Positions 43,485 through 58,249 of a DNA stretch of 64,000 nt are shown here, piece after piece. Every line of letters starts with the position of its first letter. Positions within the stretch are counted from its first letter, which is position 1. The notes beneath the pieces were generated by a model that worked only from the letters and a program-made list of their open reading frames with translations, ran no database searches and was not told the DNA's origin. The DNA is from Octopus vulgaris (Eukaryota). Made by a program: the position numbers and the translations under genes. The stretch lies in the NCBI GenBank assembly GCA_951406725.2, contig OX597818.1, positions 99,324,001-99,388,000 on the forward strand, written 5' to 3'.

Positions 43485-43967
43485 TTTAATTCCTTCAGTT
43501 ATTAGACTGCGGCCATACTGGGGTACCACCTTGAAGGATTTTAGGCAAACAAATCGACCCCAGTACTTATTATTCTTTAAAACCTGGTACTTTATTGCAT
43601 CGATACCTTTTGCTGAATCGCTATATTACGCGTACGTAAACACAGCAATACGAGTTCTAAAGCGGTAGTGGGGTTAAATATAGACACAAAGATCCACTCA
43701 CAAACCACCCCACCCATATATATATATATATATATGGACCAAAAGTGTATGTACGCCGCTATATGTATATATAAAAATGAAAAAAAAATGCAACAAGAAC
43801 GTAACAGGCGACAACAAAATATCTGGACAGTTAAACGATAAAAAAAAGGACACGCACAAACCAGGACGAGTCATTCGAAGTTTTCTAACTTCAGTCATTC
43901 GAAGTTTTGTATACGAAAACAAGGACGAAAAAAAGAAACGGAGAAATGGTACATATATATATTTATA

Positions 43968-44001
<34 letters not shown>

Positions 44002-44160
44002 CGACGAGCTTTCTTTCAGTTTCCGTCTGCTAAATCAACTCACAAAGTTTTGGTCAGCCCGAGGCTGTAGTAGAAGACTCTTACCCAATGTGCCACGAAG
44101 TTGGACTGAACCAGGAATCATGCGGTTGGGAAGCAAACTTTTTACTGCACAACAACTATG
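43485..44160 (-). mobile_element. Family A SINE interrupted in its internal (TA)n by a second insert (about 43740-43952)
   Basis: Tail ATTAGACTGCGGCCATACTGGGG at about 43500. Left module ACGACGAGCTTTCTTTCAGTTTCCGTCTG...CTCACAAAGTTTTGGTC at about 44000-44060. Confidence 0.82.
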
Positions 44161-44184
44161 AAAATGTTTTTCAGTAGTAAGTTA

Positions 44185-44350
44185 CGCTCCCTAATACTCT
44201 GAGTTCAAATTTTACCGAGGTCGTCTTTGACTTTCATCTAGCGGGTTCGATAAAATAGACACAAGTGGGATATAGTGTTTGTTTTATCTGACTGACTGAC
44301 GATAATCATTACCCAATAAACCTTTGGCTTTGTGCCAATGTGACAAATCA
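44185..44350 (+). mobile_element. Degenerate family B SINE
   Basis: CTGAGTTCAAATTTTACCGAGGTCGTCTTTGACTTTCATC...TCGATAAAA...GGCTTTGTGCC. Confidence 0.65.
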
Positions 44351-45299
44351 TTATTGTTGCGATGAGCAATTAGCAGAGATAAACGTTCAGTCAATGGGAA
44401 AAGACAACTCGGCTGACTTTCAATTTCGATACCAAGTTAGCCAGCCATCAGTTTCTCTGTCAATATTTAGAGGGATAAACAACTGAATAAGCGTCAGGCC
44501 TTCTGTAAAGTATAGTTTTACTTACCATTTTACGAGTATAGTGAAAAAAGAGTAATTTTTCCACAGTAAGAAAGACAAAGACAAGAAGAGGAAAAAAAAA
44601 ACGCGTAAAAATAACATATAATAAAAGAGCAATAAACATTATTAAAATAATAATTAACAAATAACTAAATAACATGAAAACTTTCTCCAAATTATGAGAA
44701 AGAGAATGAGTTTGCTGTAACATTCATTATGCAAAAAAAAAAAAAAAACCCGGAGAAAATATGGTGTGATGGCGGTGATGAGGAGACATGAAAATTGTGG
44801 TAAACATTGACTGTAGCAAGAAACATCTCAAACAATAACTTAGGCTTTATATGACTCTAATTTTGATTTATTAGATCGTAAACCATTTTCCTTCACTTCC
44901 ATATTCCATGAGATTATAATAGCTAACACAACAAGAGTTCTCATTTTCTCTTTCTCTCTTTCTTCTCATTTCTTTCATTCACTTTCCTTCTTTCCTTCTT
45001 TTAACCTCTTCTTTGTCATTTTTAGACTTTTCCTCATCTCCTCTTTCTCACTTTGTTGTGAGTGCATATTGCACTTTGTTGAGACTGTACGCAATGCACA
45101 AGCCTTATGCACGCACACTCCACACGCACACACACGCAAACACACACATTCATTTTTGAATGTATGTTTGTGCGTTTGTTTAACAACATATCATGATAAT
45201 ATATCCACATATCTATGCTTGCACATCTACACGCATGTACACGTTCATGCACATAACCCCATAATAATGTAAACTAGGATATAGATACGTGCACACATG

Positions 45300-46375
<1,076 letters not shown>

Positions 46376-49300
46376 CATAACAATTGACAATAGAAATGAT
46401 TATGATAAAGATGAAGAGGTTGATGAGGATTATGGTGGTGGTGATGAAGAGAAAAAGGCGGTTAAGTATCGCTATAAAGCACTACAAAACACGTTACAAA
46501 AGAAGCAAACAAAGTAAAAATGATAACAAATATAGACACAATAGAATGTTGGAATATTTTAAAATGAAAGCGAGATTTTGTGGAAAAGTTGTTTTTTTTC
46601 ACTTTTCTGTTCTTTTTTTTCTTCTCCCGTTTCCCTTTTGCTTCTATAAGAGCATTTCCATTAAGCAAGCTGTATAACATTGCAAATTCCATTGTGCCGA
46701 TATTTTCTTCGACACGAAAAGCCAAAATGGATTCACCTTTGCATAACAATAGTTTTCTAGCCAAAATGCTAACAACTAGAGAACAGCTCCACAAATCTGT
46801 AAAGCGGATTACAACGTCGATGCTTTGATAGTTTGTGTTTTCAGCAGTAAGAATTGTGATTCTTCTCCTTTTACACCGTCTTGTATGATAGAAAGAGAAG
46901 CAGAATATAAGAAAAAGAAAGAGAGCGAAAAGAATAAGGAGAAGAAATGAAGAAACATGAAATAATAAAAAAAGAACAAGAATAAGAGGAACAAAAAGAA
47001 GAGCAAGAATACGGAGAATAAGAAGAAAATAAGCAGAAGAGGAAAGAGAATAATGGTTCCTCATTGAACATTTGGCTTATAGCATAATTCTGTCGAAAAA
47101 TAAATGGTAAATAGCTGCATGACTAAGTTGAGGTTGGCTTTAAGCTATCAAGTTTGTTTTAGCGGTTACAGAAATAAACTCTCGTTTCAGTCATTGGATA
47201 TGTATGGCCATGAGCTTGCAATCTGATTAATTTAAGCACCATAGGAAAATAAAGTGAAATAAAATCAAACAGTAACAGCAAATATAACCCCCACCTCACC
47301 TCACCATACTGCCAACATCACCTCTACCAACACCTCTACTACCACAAAGACAACTACAGCAACAGCCATAACAATAATAGAGAAAGAAAAAGATGACAAT
47401 TGTTTAACATTAAATTGATAGATAAATAAATTAAGAACATAAAGCCGATCAAAATATTTTTCTCTCGCTAACAATATAAAGCAAATTGTATCTGCATTAA
47501 TATAAGTATCTAACTTTTAAGTGAACCAAGAAACACTAAAGTCGGTTTCAACCACATAAATTTTTGAATGAATAAATTGAATCTGCAAAGTACTAAGAAA
47601 CATGAAACTTGGGTAAAACAGCACAGTAGTGCTTACTGAAAAGGTTTTTCTCCATTTCTTTTGCAATATATCGTAGGAGTCCTTTTGAGAAATTATGTGA
47701 TAACTTATCATAGTTTACGTCTTAAAAGGTACCAGATAAAAAAAAAATGCAAATTTATTATATTCTGCGCAACAAAATACCTTCAGTTATCTACTTCGTT
47801 GTAAGAGCTCTTGTAATTATGTTTCTGATGAGGAAGTGGAAGTATATAGGCTGAGGAATTAAGAATCGAACGGTTGAAAGTTTGTATCTCACCACTGATA
47901 TTAGACAGTACCCATGGCCAATACGTGCAAATCTTATTAAGTAAGTCCATCTAACAGTAAACAGGTACGATGGAAAAATTATAGCTCACGGTTATAAGCA
48001 GCGGTAGCGTTGTATAATTAGCTAATCATAACGTTGAGGATTCATCTCCTAAGGGTATGCAGCAGGTAATGGGAACTCTAATATAGTATTCCCCGAAAAT
48101 CATGTTAATCTTCATTTTCAGGGCCATCAGATCTCGTTTATAACCGAATCGTAATTCTTCCCTATAAAGGCGATGGAGATGGACTGCTCTATGCTATCTG
48201 CTTCACCTAATCTCTATTCTGAAATCAAATTTCGCGGAGATCGAGAAAATAAGTACTAGTTATATATGTAGTATATCAATCAAATCGCCTTTACTCCCTC
48301 TCTTTGCAGAAAGGGCCTTGTAGGTATATAAGTGAAAGAAACATTTATCTTCGTTTTCGGTACTTAAGAAAAATTCTGCTCCATAATGGCTGAAACATCG
48401 CCAATTTAGAAGTATCTAAAACTTAATCTTCACTAGCCAGAATTGGAGAACTATTTCAGTGTTTTATAACCCACAGTTTCTCTAGAATAATCTGTTCATA
48501 TTCATGGCAAGAAGTAGTCATTAAAACTGATAAATTATTTGCTTCACACATAGGTGAAATAAATGGAGTTAAACTACACATGCTTGAATTTTTTGCTTGA
48601 TTATGCCCCATCAACGTTATCAGTGAATTGGTGATTAGTTTTATTGAAGATCGTGACCGTGACATTAATGATTTTAGCATGAGATTGAGTGGACAAAATT
48701 AACTTGAATCAGGGATCAAAGCAAAAATCTCCGTTTCAGTTCCACTACTCCTAGAGTTCTTTTCACTTACATTCATATTGATTTCTTTTCAGAAAAATTA
48801 TTGATGTAATTCTTGTTTGATAGATAATAGCCGTAACGCCTCAAATATAGAGATACTTTTTATGAAATTTATGGAACTATATTGACTAATTTCGTTGAGT
48901 TATTAACAACATGCTATTTTGTTTTGCATATTTCTTCAAATAATCTAATATTGTTAAAATGAACATTTTGTTCTACACAAACACAGAAGCAGCTGCGTAA
49001 AATTTTCCCCTATTTTTAAACTGCTTTTTCTTTTTAAATTACGAAATGCTGTTGGATATATTTTATGAAAAAATACATCACTTACAAATAGTTATGTTAC
49101 AAGTATGCCTTATTATTTCTTGAGCTGGCATGAAATTAATAACTTCAATTTGAAACAATAACAATATTGTTTGTCGCATCCACAGTGCTTTGAAGTTGAA
49201 ACATATGTGTCATTTAGTGTCGATGCCAGTTAAAAGTAATATTGAAATGGCTGTAAATTATTATTTGCTTGAAAACCTTTTGCAGCTAATAATTTCTTCT

Positions 49301-51685
49301 TATCATTTTCTATATATGCGTTTTTATATATTGTATTTCTTGCTATCTAGCCAATCCCGCTTTGTAAACTGACAAATTGACATGTTGTATGAGTGGCTAA
49401 TTGGTAAAGTCGCTGGAGCGTCGGATTGAATGACTCGTGATATTTGTTCCGACTCACTGCGCTCAGAGTTCAAACCAGATGTACCAATCCAGGGTGATGG
49501 TTTGGTGAAACTATAAAAACGTCAGACTGGATGCCTTGCAGAATTTCTTTCAGATCCAGCCATGCCCTACTTGGACGGAAAGCTTAATTCGTCATCTGGT
49601 TTATCACGAAAACTTGGCATCTTCAGTACCTTCAGAGGGGTTCAATCTGTTTCAAACGTTCGGATGAGGTTTTAGAGTAAAGGACACATTTTCCTCCTCC
49701 CTCTTTCTCCTCCACTAATCACTGAGGCCCTATAACGGATCATGGGCACTGTCTGCCTTCGTGACAAGAACCTATAATGATTTGTTTTGCCGATCTACTT
49801 CTATCATCTTTCCTTGTATTTCATGTCTTTGTCTTATTATTTGTTCTCTCTCTCTTTCTCTTTCTTTATCTCGCATTTATTTCTGTATCTCTTACCAATT
49901 TTCTTCATATCTACCTGTTTGGCTGGCTGGCTTTCCCCCAGGGCCAAATTGGCAGAATCATAAGAACGTAGGGCTAAATGCTCTGCGGCATTTGTTCTGG
50001 TTATCTACTTTCTGAAGTCAACTTTACTTTTCATCTTTTCAGGATCGACGAAACAAACCTTGTCCTGTTTGTTCTGGGTCTTTACTTTCTGATTATCCAG
50101 ATAGGGGTGACGTAGTTATCTGTACTTAAGCTATAAAAGAGTGCCTTGTAAAACTTTTCCTGAAGGTAGACAACGAGAAATCACCTTTGTATTCTCCTAC
50201 GAAATTTTCACGACCAAAATGCTGCATTTGTGAAGGTGTTGCTTGTTGACCTGATGGCACAAAGAAGAGGTTATTTACATCCTTTTCCGGCTCTCTTTAG
50301 ATAATCTGTGTCGTTTTTTTATTGCTCATTTCTTATTTTTTCATCTATTAAATTTCATCTCTATTTACAACTTCTTCCACATAACAACCACGTTATTATT
50401 TTTTCTTTAGTCTGTCTCCCCTTTTCTCATTACTTTTCGCTTCCTCTTAATCCCGTAATGTTCCACCTCCATAGCTTTATTCCTTTTCCCTCTCTTCCTG
50501 TCTTTCTCTCATACACACACTCTGTCACCATCTCTCTTCTATATATGTGCTCCAAGTTTCTGTCAACATCGATGCAATTTCCTTTGTCTCATCCATTTGC
50601 CTACTCCACGACCTCATTTGTCTTTCGCCCTCCTTATTTTATATCCTCTTCCCTCTACTTAATTCCCTTCATTATTTACCCGGAAGCTTGAAATATTGCT
50701 GTCTACATCAGATGATATCCCAATCAACAAAAGTAGTGATCATTCTAAATTATCTTCATCATTAGCAACCAAAGGTTTCCCTGAGAAATTCCAATTAGTC
50801 CTCAGTGCTGGCTTGACGAAAACACACGACGTTAGTAACAACAGCAGCAGCTGCAGTTGGAAGAAGAGCAATAACAACGACTAAAACAACAACAAAAACA
50901 AACACAAGAATAACTGCAGCAATCGTAGCTACTGCAATAGCAATAGTAAATGCAAATAATAACTGTTGCTGCAACAGAAAATAAAAGAATTTAAGGTAAA
51001 AAAAATCGAAAAAAAAAACACCTCAAAACAAAAACACACACAAAAAAACATTCAAACAAAATTCAACAAATAATCTTCCTAAGAATGTGACAATGATGAA
51101 CAACACCAATCAGAATTTCGACTACAAAACAATATAAAAATGACAAGAACAGAACCAGTGCAATTTACTATGATCAATAAAAACAAACAACGTATTGGAT
51201 GAATAATTAAAAATAGAAAAAGAAAAAAAGCCCCTGCGTACATACAGCTTGCGTTCATTCGCAATCGTGCCCGCGCACACAACACATACATATATATACA
51301 ACACAAAACGCAGGCACGTTTTTATGCTTAGTAGTAAATTCTTAAATAGATGTTTTCACATGGACTTTTATACAGATAAGTATCATATAGCAAACTATAT
51401 TGCATGTACACAATGACACATAAACAGGCAATAGCATGTAGAAACAAATGAACATATATACATACGTACATACAGAAGCCCCCCGTATATACATATTTGG
51501 AAATATCTAATGATTCCCATCCTCACAACTTAGATCTTGTTGTCACATACTGGTTTTAGATAAATTAACTCTACAAACATGAATGGAGTTCGGTTTCTCT
51601 TGTCTGTTGCCAACCAATACGTACATACGTACACACACACGCACATACACACACACACATCCACAATATATATATATATATATAT

Positions 51686-52150
51686 AAATCCTTAAAATCC
51701 TTAAAAATGTTTTAGCCCGAAGGCCGCGACCATGCTGGGGCACCACCGCTGAATGAGCTACACTAATATGTGAATCCACCTCTGATACGTGGCACTTGAT
51801 CAACAAGGGAGTTCGATGCTGCTGCCCGCATCTGCGTCTCCTGTCGTAAGGTAGGTTCATCTGGGACTCCCGGCAAGAAGAGATCCAGTTTAGTTTTAAA
51901 GAAACCCACGTCCACACCATGTAAGTCTCTCAGGCATTTAGGGAGGATGTTAAAGAGCTGTGGTCCTCTGAAACCCAAGGTGTTGCAGTATCTGGACAGT
52001 ATTTTGATGGCGATGTTGGAATCTTTGGCACCATGCAGTGGCGCCCCGTTCTGCGGTTGGGGTAACTTTGAATGCCAAAGTTTGGGACAAGACCCTCCAG
52101 GATATATATATATACATGCATATATATATATCCCTCCAGGATATACATAC
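51686..52150 (-). mobile_element. 5'-truncated CR1/L2-group LINE 3' end inserted in (TA)n
   Basis: [29 protein letters not shown], frameshift, [47 protein letters not shown], matching the (F/W)NxLP...FKxKLD C-terminus of CR1-group ORF2. Short 3' UTR and (TTTAAGGA)-type tail. Confidence 0.85.
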
Positions 52151-52151
52151 A

Positions 52152-52240
<89 letters not shown>

Positions 52241-53978
52241 CATATATCTGCACATGCACTAGGCATTTAGCCTAACAAATATTGCTGTTGTGTCAGTGTT
52301 ATTTATTCGAAGTGCGGTTGAACAATTGCTAAGATACAACATGAAACTCTGGTAACACCAAGCATTCCTTTTAAATCATATGGATGTACACACACATATG
52401 TGTGTAATGATAGATAATATAGATATATAACTTTCGGTGCTATCATTGTTTCATAAGACATTTGTTTGACTCCGATTTCATTGCTAAGCGGTTGAAAGAT
52501 AACTTTCCATTTGTGTAGTTCGTCAGTCTCTAAAAGGTAACAGAGTGTCTAGTATTTATTCTTAGTTTCTAGTGAAACTAAAGGCTCGCTCAGATGCATA
52601 GAGATACGTTTAGTGTATATTTGATCTTAAGGTGCTGACTAATGCCTCATCGAAATAATCATTTCGCGTGTTCATAATTCTCTGTTTTATTATCATATGA
52701 TATAGGCGGTGTTGTGGCAGAAGTGACAGAACATTAGAGCTGATGTCATACAGTATTTAATTTCTTTCCTCTCCGTTTTGATCACAAATCTCTCCAGGTT
52801 TTAGAATGGCTTTTATCACTGCACAGTCGATAAAATAAGAACGTCATGTATTTGAGTCAATTCAATCCACTTTATCCCTCTTCTAAAAAATTATGGCCTT
52901 ATGCTCATGTGAGAAACCATAATTAAATGTTGCTGTCTAAAATGATACTCAGAATGGAAAAGAAAAAATTATTGATGACAAACTTGTATCTGGCAATTAA
53001 AGGATGTAAAAAAAAAGTAGGCATTAATAGAAGTTATCACAAGAGGAATAGTAATAACGAGAACAACATTTACTGATTTTATAGCAATTGTAGCAACAGA
53101 TACAAATATAATAACGACAAAAAGAAAGAAAAACCAGAAAAACCAAATCCACACATACAAACACATAAACATACACGCACAAAAAAAGCTATAATGTTTG
53201 CAACAAAAACAACCACAATGATATGAGTAACAGTAATAACAGTAACAACATGATGTTTTTTTCTAAAATCAGAAGTAATATCTACCTCTACAATGATAAT
53301 GAAAATAACAATAACAAAAACAAAATATAAATGTCAGCAACAACAGTAATAAAAGCGTCAAAATATTTTAGAGGGTGGAGCAATGAGTTAAAAAACAAAT
53401 CATTAATTGAAGTAAATAGAAGGTAGTTTGCTCTGATGCGACAAACAATTTTACAATTTACTAGCTTTTTCCTCTTCGCTCGTTTTAAAACAAGTATGTT
53501 CACCTGCCTGAAGGCTAGGAATGAGAATTAATTTTAGATTATGATTACCTCCTATCTGGCTGCATGATTTGTTGGCAACAGAATATTTCTTAAACATCTC
53601 AGCACAATAGCTGACAGATATTTTCTAGTTTTGATCATAAATTACCATAACGATGAATCCGATTTTGATTAGATATTTTATAGCCTGTCTGAAGAGCAAC
53701 TTACAAATCTCTGGTCTGAATTGCTAGCAATTCTTTAAGAGTTAGAACAGTTTAGCTTAATAAAGAATCATTAAGTCTGTTAGAGAAAGCATGAAGAAGC
53801 AGGTTTGACGCTAACCAGACTCTCTCCACACTAAAAAACTTTGACTGATAGAAAAGTATTAAATTTGTCTTTCTTACGGCCACGACCTCTGACATAATGT
53901 TGTGTGAAGCAGTGTGGTACTGTAAGTAGTCAGGTTTCACTTCCCGATTGCCGTTCTTTCACTTCATTTATATTAATA

Positions 53979-54417
53979 CTAGCAGCATAGCCCGGCGTTG
54001 CCCGGGTATGTAAGAGCCCCTAGTAGGCAACGACTAATCCCAATCTAGTCCTTTCCCTCTAGGGAACGAAGGTTCATATGTAGGTTGCAATGTCTTCTCT
54101 TCACTCGAATACTTCTGTGTATACGATGTTCCTAGCTGTCCCTTTGGGCGATAAAAAGGTCGAATTGTGTCCCCTAGACAGAAAATGTGTTGCATATAAA
54201 AAGCTTAGATTCTCGACCCCATGTCGAATTTATCGATTTTTTCAGAACTGGGGGAACTTTTCAAAATGTTCGCTACGTTAGTTTTGAATTATGACATTGG
54301 GCTATGTGTGTGTCAAGTTTCATCAGAATCGGTTGAAAGCCGTGGTCAGGGTGAGGGTACAACCTGACAGACACACAGACACACAGACCGACAAACTGCC
54401 GTTTATATAGAGAGAGA
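53979..54417 (-). mobile_element. Non-autonomous Helitron, complete (second family)
   Basis: Minus 5' TCTCTCTCTATATAAAC, 3' hairpin CCCGGGCAACGCCGGG followed by TGCTAG, A|T insertion site. Internal sequence differs from 34494-35129. Confidence 0.88.
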
Positions 54418-54437
54418 TTACTAATGTCACACATAGC

Positions 54438-54610
54438 AACGAGCTGGCAGAATCGTTACCGCGCCGGGCAAAATGCTTAGCGGCGTTTCGTACGTCTGTA
54501 CGTTCTGAGTTTAATATTCCACCGAGGTCAACTTTACCTTTCACTGGGGTCGTTGTAACCTACTTATCCCCTTCTCTGAAATTGCTGGCCTTGTGCTAAA
54601 ATTTGAAACT
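54438..54610 (+). mobile_element. Family B SINE with internal deletion
   Basis: CGAGCTGGCAGAATCGTTACCGCGCCGGGCAAAATGCTTAGCGG...CCTTTCA|CTGGGGTCG (core segment missing), then GGCCTTGTGC tail. Confidence 0.8.
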
Positions 54611-55016
54611 AAGGCCACTAATTTGGTAAATGATTGAAAATGTTACAAATTTCACAGTTAAACCAGTGCAAACCAAATAGTTATAGCTTACTACCCAACT
54701 GAAGCAAATAAAGCTGATTGGTTTTAGTATGAGATTAATAAGTATTACACAGTCAGGCATTCGGACACAGGTGTGTAATTGTTTGTGTGAGTGCGACTCA
54801 ATAACCAAGTAGATAAGATTACTTACTGGGTTACATTCATATAAATCATGGCCTTCGCTATATACTTGTCGTGATATCGTGTATTCTTCTGTAGACACAT
54901 TGTTGTGTCTGTAGACAAAATCTTAAAATCTATCTTGCAATGCAGTGATCTATTCATCAAACTCAATAATATACATCAGCCAACATATAGGCACGCGTAT
55001 ATATAAGTGGAGGAGC

Positions 55017-55197
55017 GTGTGTGTGTATGTGTGTGTGTATGTGTGTATGTGTGTGTATGTGTGTTTGTGCGTGTGTGTGCATGTGTGTGTGTGTGTATGT
55101 GTGTGTGTGTATGTGTGTGTATGTGTGTGTGTGTGTGTATGTGTGTGCGCGCGTGTGTGTGTGTGTGTATTTGCGTGTGTGTGTATGTGTGTGTGTT

Positions 55198-55256
<59 letters not shown>
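55017..55256. repeat. (TG)n microsatellite
   Basis: Directly visible. Confidence 0.96.
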
Positions 55257-55262
<6 letters not shown>

Positions 55263-55566
55263 TTTTAGACGAATCTGACATTAATATATCACTTTAAGTT
55301 TACTGGTCTCTAGAATAAAAGTTGAGCAATTTGCAAGGCAGCTTGGAATGTTATTTATAGAAAATAATCTGAATAGGTAATCAGATTTTGGCTGAAGATT
55401 AGGAAATGATATTGCCTTGATGTCTGGATCAGACAAATTCGGACAAATCACAAGCTAATTTGGTAAACTACATTTTGGTAGAGTTGAGGTCAGAAGTTTT
55501 TTGGTTTGAAAAATAACAAAACAAAACAAACGAATGAATTAACCTCGCTCCTACTTCTGTCTTTCA

Positions 55567-55616
<50 letters not shown>

Positions 55617-55934
55617 AAGACGCTCTCTCACACACACACTCACACATATATACACATACATTTACGCATACACTAATACACATATACAAATGTATACGCA
55701 TAGGAGACACCACTCGCACACACAGAAGCACATACACATACATTTATATTCTCCTATATGGCAAACAGTGACACTCCACCTGTCTTTGAAAATAACAAGT
55801 GAAAATTGTGTGGAACTTTAGATATACAGACAAACCTTCAAATAGCACGTGATTTGCCTGACGTCAGTTTTCCGTATCAAAATTGACAATAGCATACTAA
55901 TTATAGACTTATAGTACGACATTGTACACTTTCT

Positions 55935-56640
55935 ACAAAACTCGCATAACACATAGTATACACAATCATAACCAAGTAGAATATCACAACCTGTACAACA
56001 TATACTCTTCGGAATGTCCATATAATGAAATCACACAACTCACACAACATTTTATTATAGAATAACCGTCTAATGAAATAATACGACTTGTTGTTATATA
56101 TATATACAATGTATTGAGTATTAAAGGAAGTAGTGAGTACTTAGTATGAAAGATTAAGAAAATGAGAGAGACTGAAAAAACGTGTTAACGATACGAGATA
56201 CTTTATTAGACTGCCGTTGTTGTACAAGGTATTTGTTGTGGCGGGAAACTTACTGAATGTCCTTGTATCAAGGGAGACAATGGGCAACGTTGATTGTTCA
56301 TGTTTGTTGTGATGATTACATAACACGACTCACAGAGAACATGCACTATTGTATTAGGACATAATGGAATAACTCACATTATACATTTCTCTACAGAATG
56401 AAAATATAATAAAATAATACAGCTCACACAACACAGACTCTATTGAATCACTACATAATATAAAAACACAACTTACACTATATTTTTCTACAGCATCAAC
56501 AGATAATGAAATAACATAGACTCTTATCTGTTCAATATCTAATACTCAGTGTTACAATACAGCTCGCAACACTCCATCGGCCACTCACGCAGCTCATATT
56601 CTACACAGTTATCATCCAGTAATATAACACAATCCATACA
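55935..56640. repeat. Degenerate minisatellite, unit about 45-50 bp (ATAATGAAATAACACAACTCACACAACAC...), split by a unique segment
   Basis: Recurrent TAAT(G)AAATAA..CA(A/G)CTCACA motifs at about 55935-56090 and 56310-56640. Confidence 0.6.
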
Positions 56641-56892
56641 AGCCAACTAAAGATCCTTACGTGACCGCTTGATTTGCTAGAAATGGCAGCTAAATTTCTT
56701 TCAAACCACACTTTGCCGTTTTATATAGAGACGTGAAATATTGCATAATGAAATTTAAATACTTCTAAAAATGGTATTGTCATAGCTGGAATGCCTTTTG
56801 CTCTTATTTCTTCTTTATTAGAGACGATCTGGGATTAAACAACAGAAACAACACAACAGTCACAGCTTATACCCTACTCGATCATCTTCTTT

Positions 56893-56938
56893 TGATGATG
56901 ATGATGATGACGACGACGATGATGATGATGGTGACGAC

Positions 56939-56983
<45 letters not shown>

Positions 56984-57048
56984 GATGAAGATGATGAAGA
57001 TGATGATGATGATGATGATGATGACGATGATGGTGATGGTGATGATGG

Positions 57049-57080
<32 letters not shown>

Positions 57081-57114
57081 ATGATGGTGATGATGATGAT
57101 GATGATGGTGGTGG

Positions 57115-57183
<69 letters not shown>
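56893..57183. repeat. (GAT)n/(GGT)n trinucleotide tract
   Basis: Directly visible. Confidence 0.97.
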
Positions 57184-57184
<1 letters not shown>

Positions 57185-57479
57185 GAAGGAACCAGTAATG
57201 ACAAGAGTTATAATGATTTATCACATCGATACAAATCTACTCATTTTATGTAGTCGATTGAATCGATTTAGTATTTCATTGGTATTTGTTTTTATCGATC
57301 CTGGAGCGACAGAAAGCAAAGTCAACACTGGTGGAATTTTGAACCGAAACGTAACTTTCTTTTTTTTTAAAATTTATTAGTTGGACAGCATCAAAGATAT
57401 CCATCACTTCATCCATTAGATTAATGAGAACCATGTCGTTGTCGATCAGTGAGAAACTTCTATATGTCGAGTCTTGTGG

Positions 57480-57860
57480 GCAGGGGCGGAATTTTTAGTA
57501 GTAGCTGTTCAAGTGTGGAATTCCAAAGGATAGTAGATCTAGGGTGGACAAATAATTTAGTGAACAAGTTGTTTAAGGATATATTCAGTAAGAATAACGG
57601 AAGAAGAGACGATTATTTTGGTACGGAGATGCTATGTAACGTGTAATTTCAGTAGGGCAGATGCAGCTCTGTTGAGAGTAAAAAGTCAAACAGATGAAAC
57701 GCTTTGCAAGTGGCTGTAATACGTTGTTGGTCGAGTCTTTACTAGTCAGTTGAGTCGCTTTCTTTTGAAAGGTGTCAAGGGTGTCTATGGGTGCAACGAC
57801 AAAACCATTTGAACTCATGGAAGTGTACCATTTGAGAAGCATCTGAACTTTGAAAAGAAA
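57480..57860 (-). mobile_element. Old CR1/L2-group LINE C-terminal remnant
   Basis: APIDTLDTFQKKATQLTSKDSTNNVLQPLAKR...LTFY and downstream PRSTILWNS resemble LDRIQKKAIRLI...LQPLAHRR...FFPRTxxLWNSLP. Confidence 0.65.
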
Positions 57861-57916
57861 CTCTATCTAATCTGAGCTGAAGTATTTTCTGGATTCAAGA
57901 AGAAATGTAATCTTTA

Positions 57917-57972
57917 GGCGCAAGAGTGGCTGTGTGGTAAGTAACTTGCTTACCAACCATATGGTTCCGGGT
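57917..57972 (+). mobile_element. Family A SINE head fragment
   Basis: GGCGCAAGAGTGGCTGTGTGGTAAGTAACTTGCTTACCAACCATATGGTTCCGGGTT, then breaks off. Confidence 0.8.
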
Positions 57973-58249
57973 TTATACTGTTGAAGTTAGGAAAACAATA
58001 CAAAACAAGCGTCAGATAGAAATAAACCATAACCAGAACTTTTGGGACTTAGCAATTTGACAATAAACATAAAATTACCGAACATGTACAATTTTTTCAC
58101 CCAGGGAAAGGTTTCACAGTTCCAGGGGGATATTTGAGGATTCCACCTGGGAAATTGTTCATTGGTTGAAACATACTTGATCATTATGCTCACTATTTTT
58201 GCTAAATTTATTTTTCTTTTTGGTAAAGTTTATAAAAACTAATATTAAA

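Noticed and set aside
46462-47064. 200-aa hydrophobic ORF resembling a membrane protein
   Set aside because: The hydrophobic N-terminal half derives from a purine-rich low-complexity tract read on the opposite strand.
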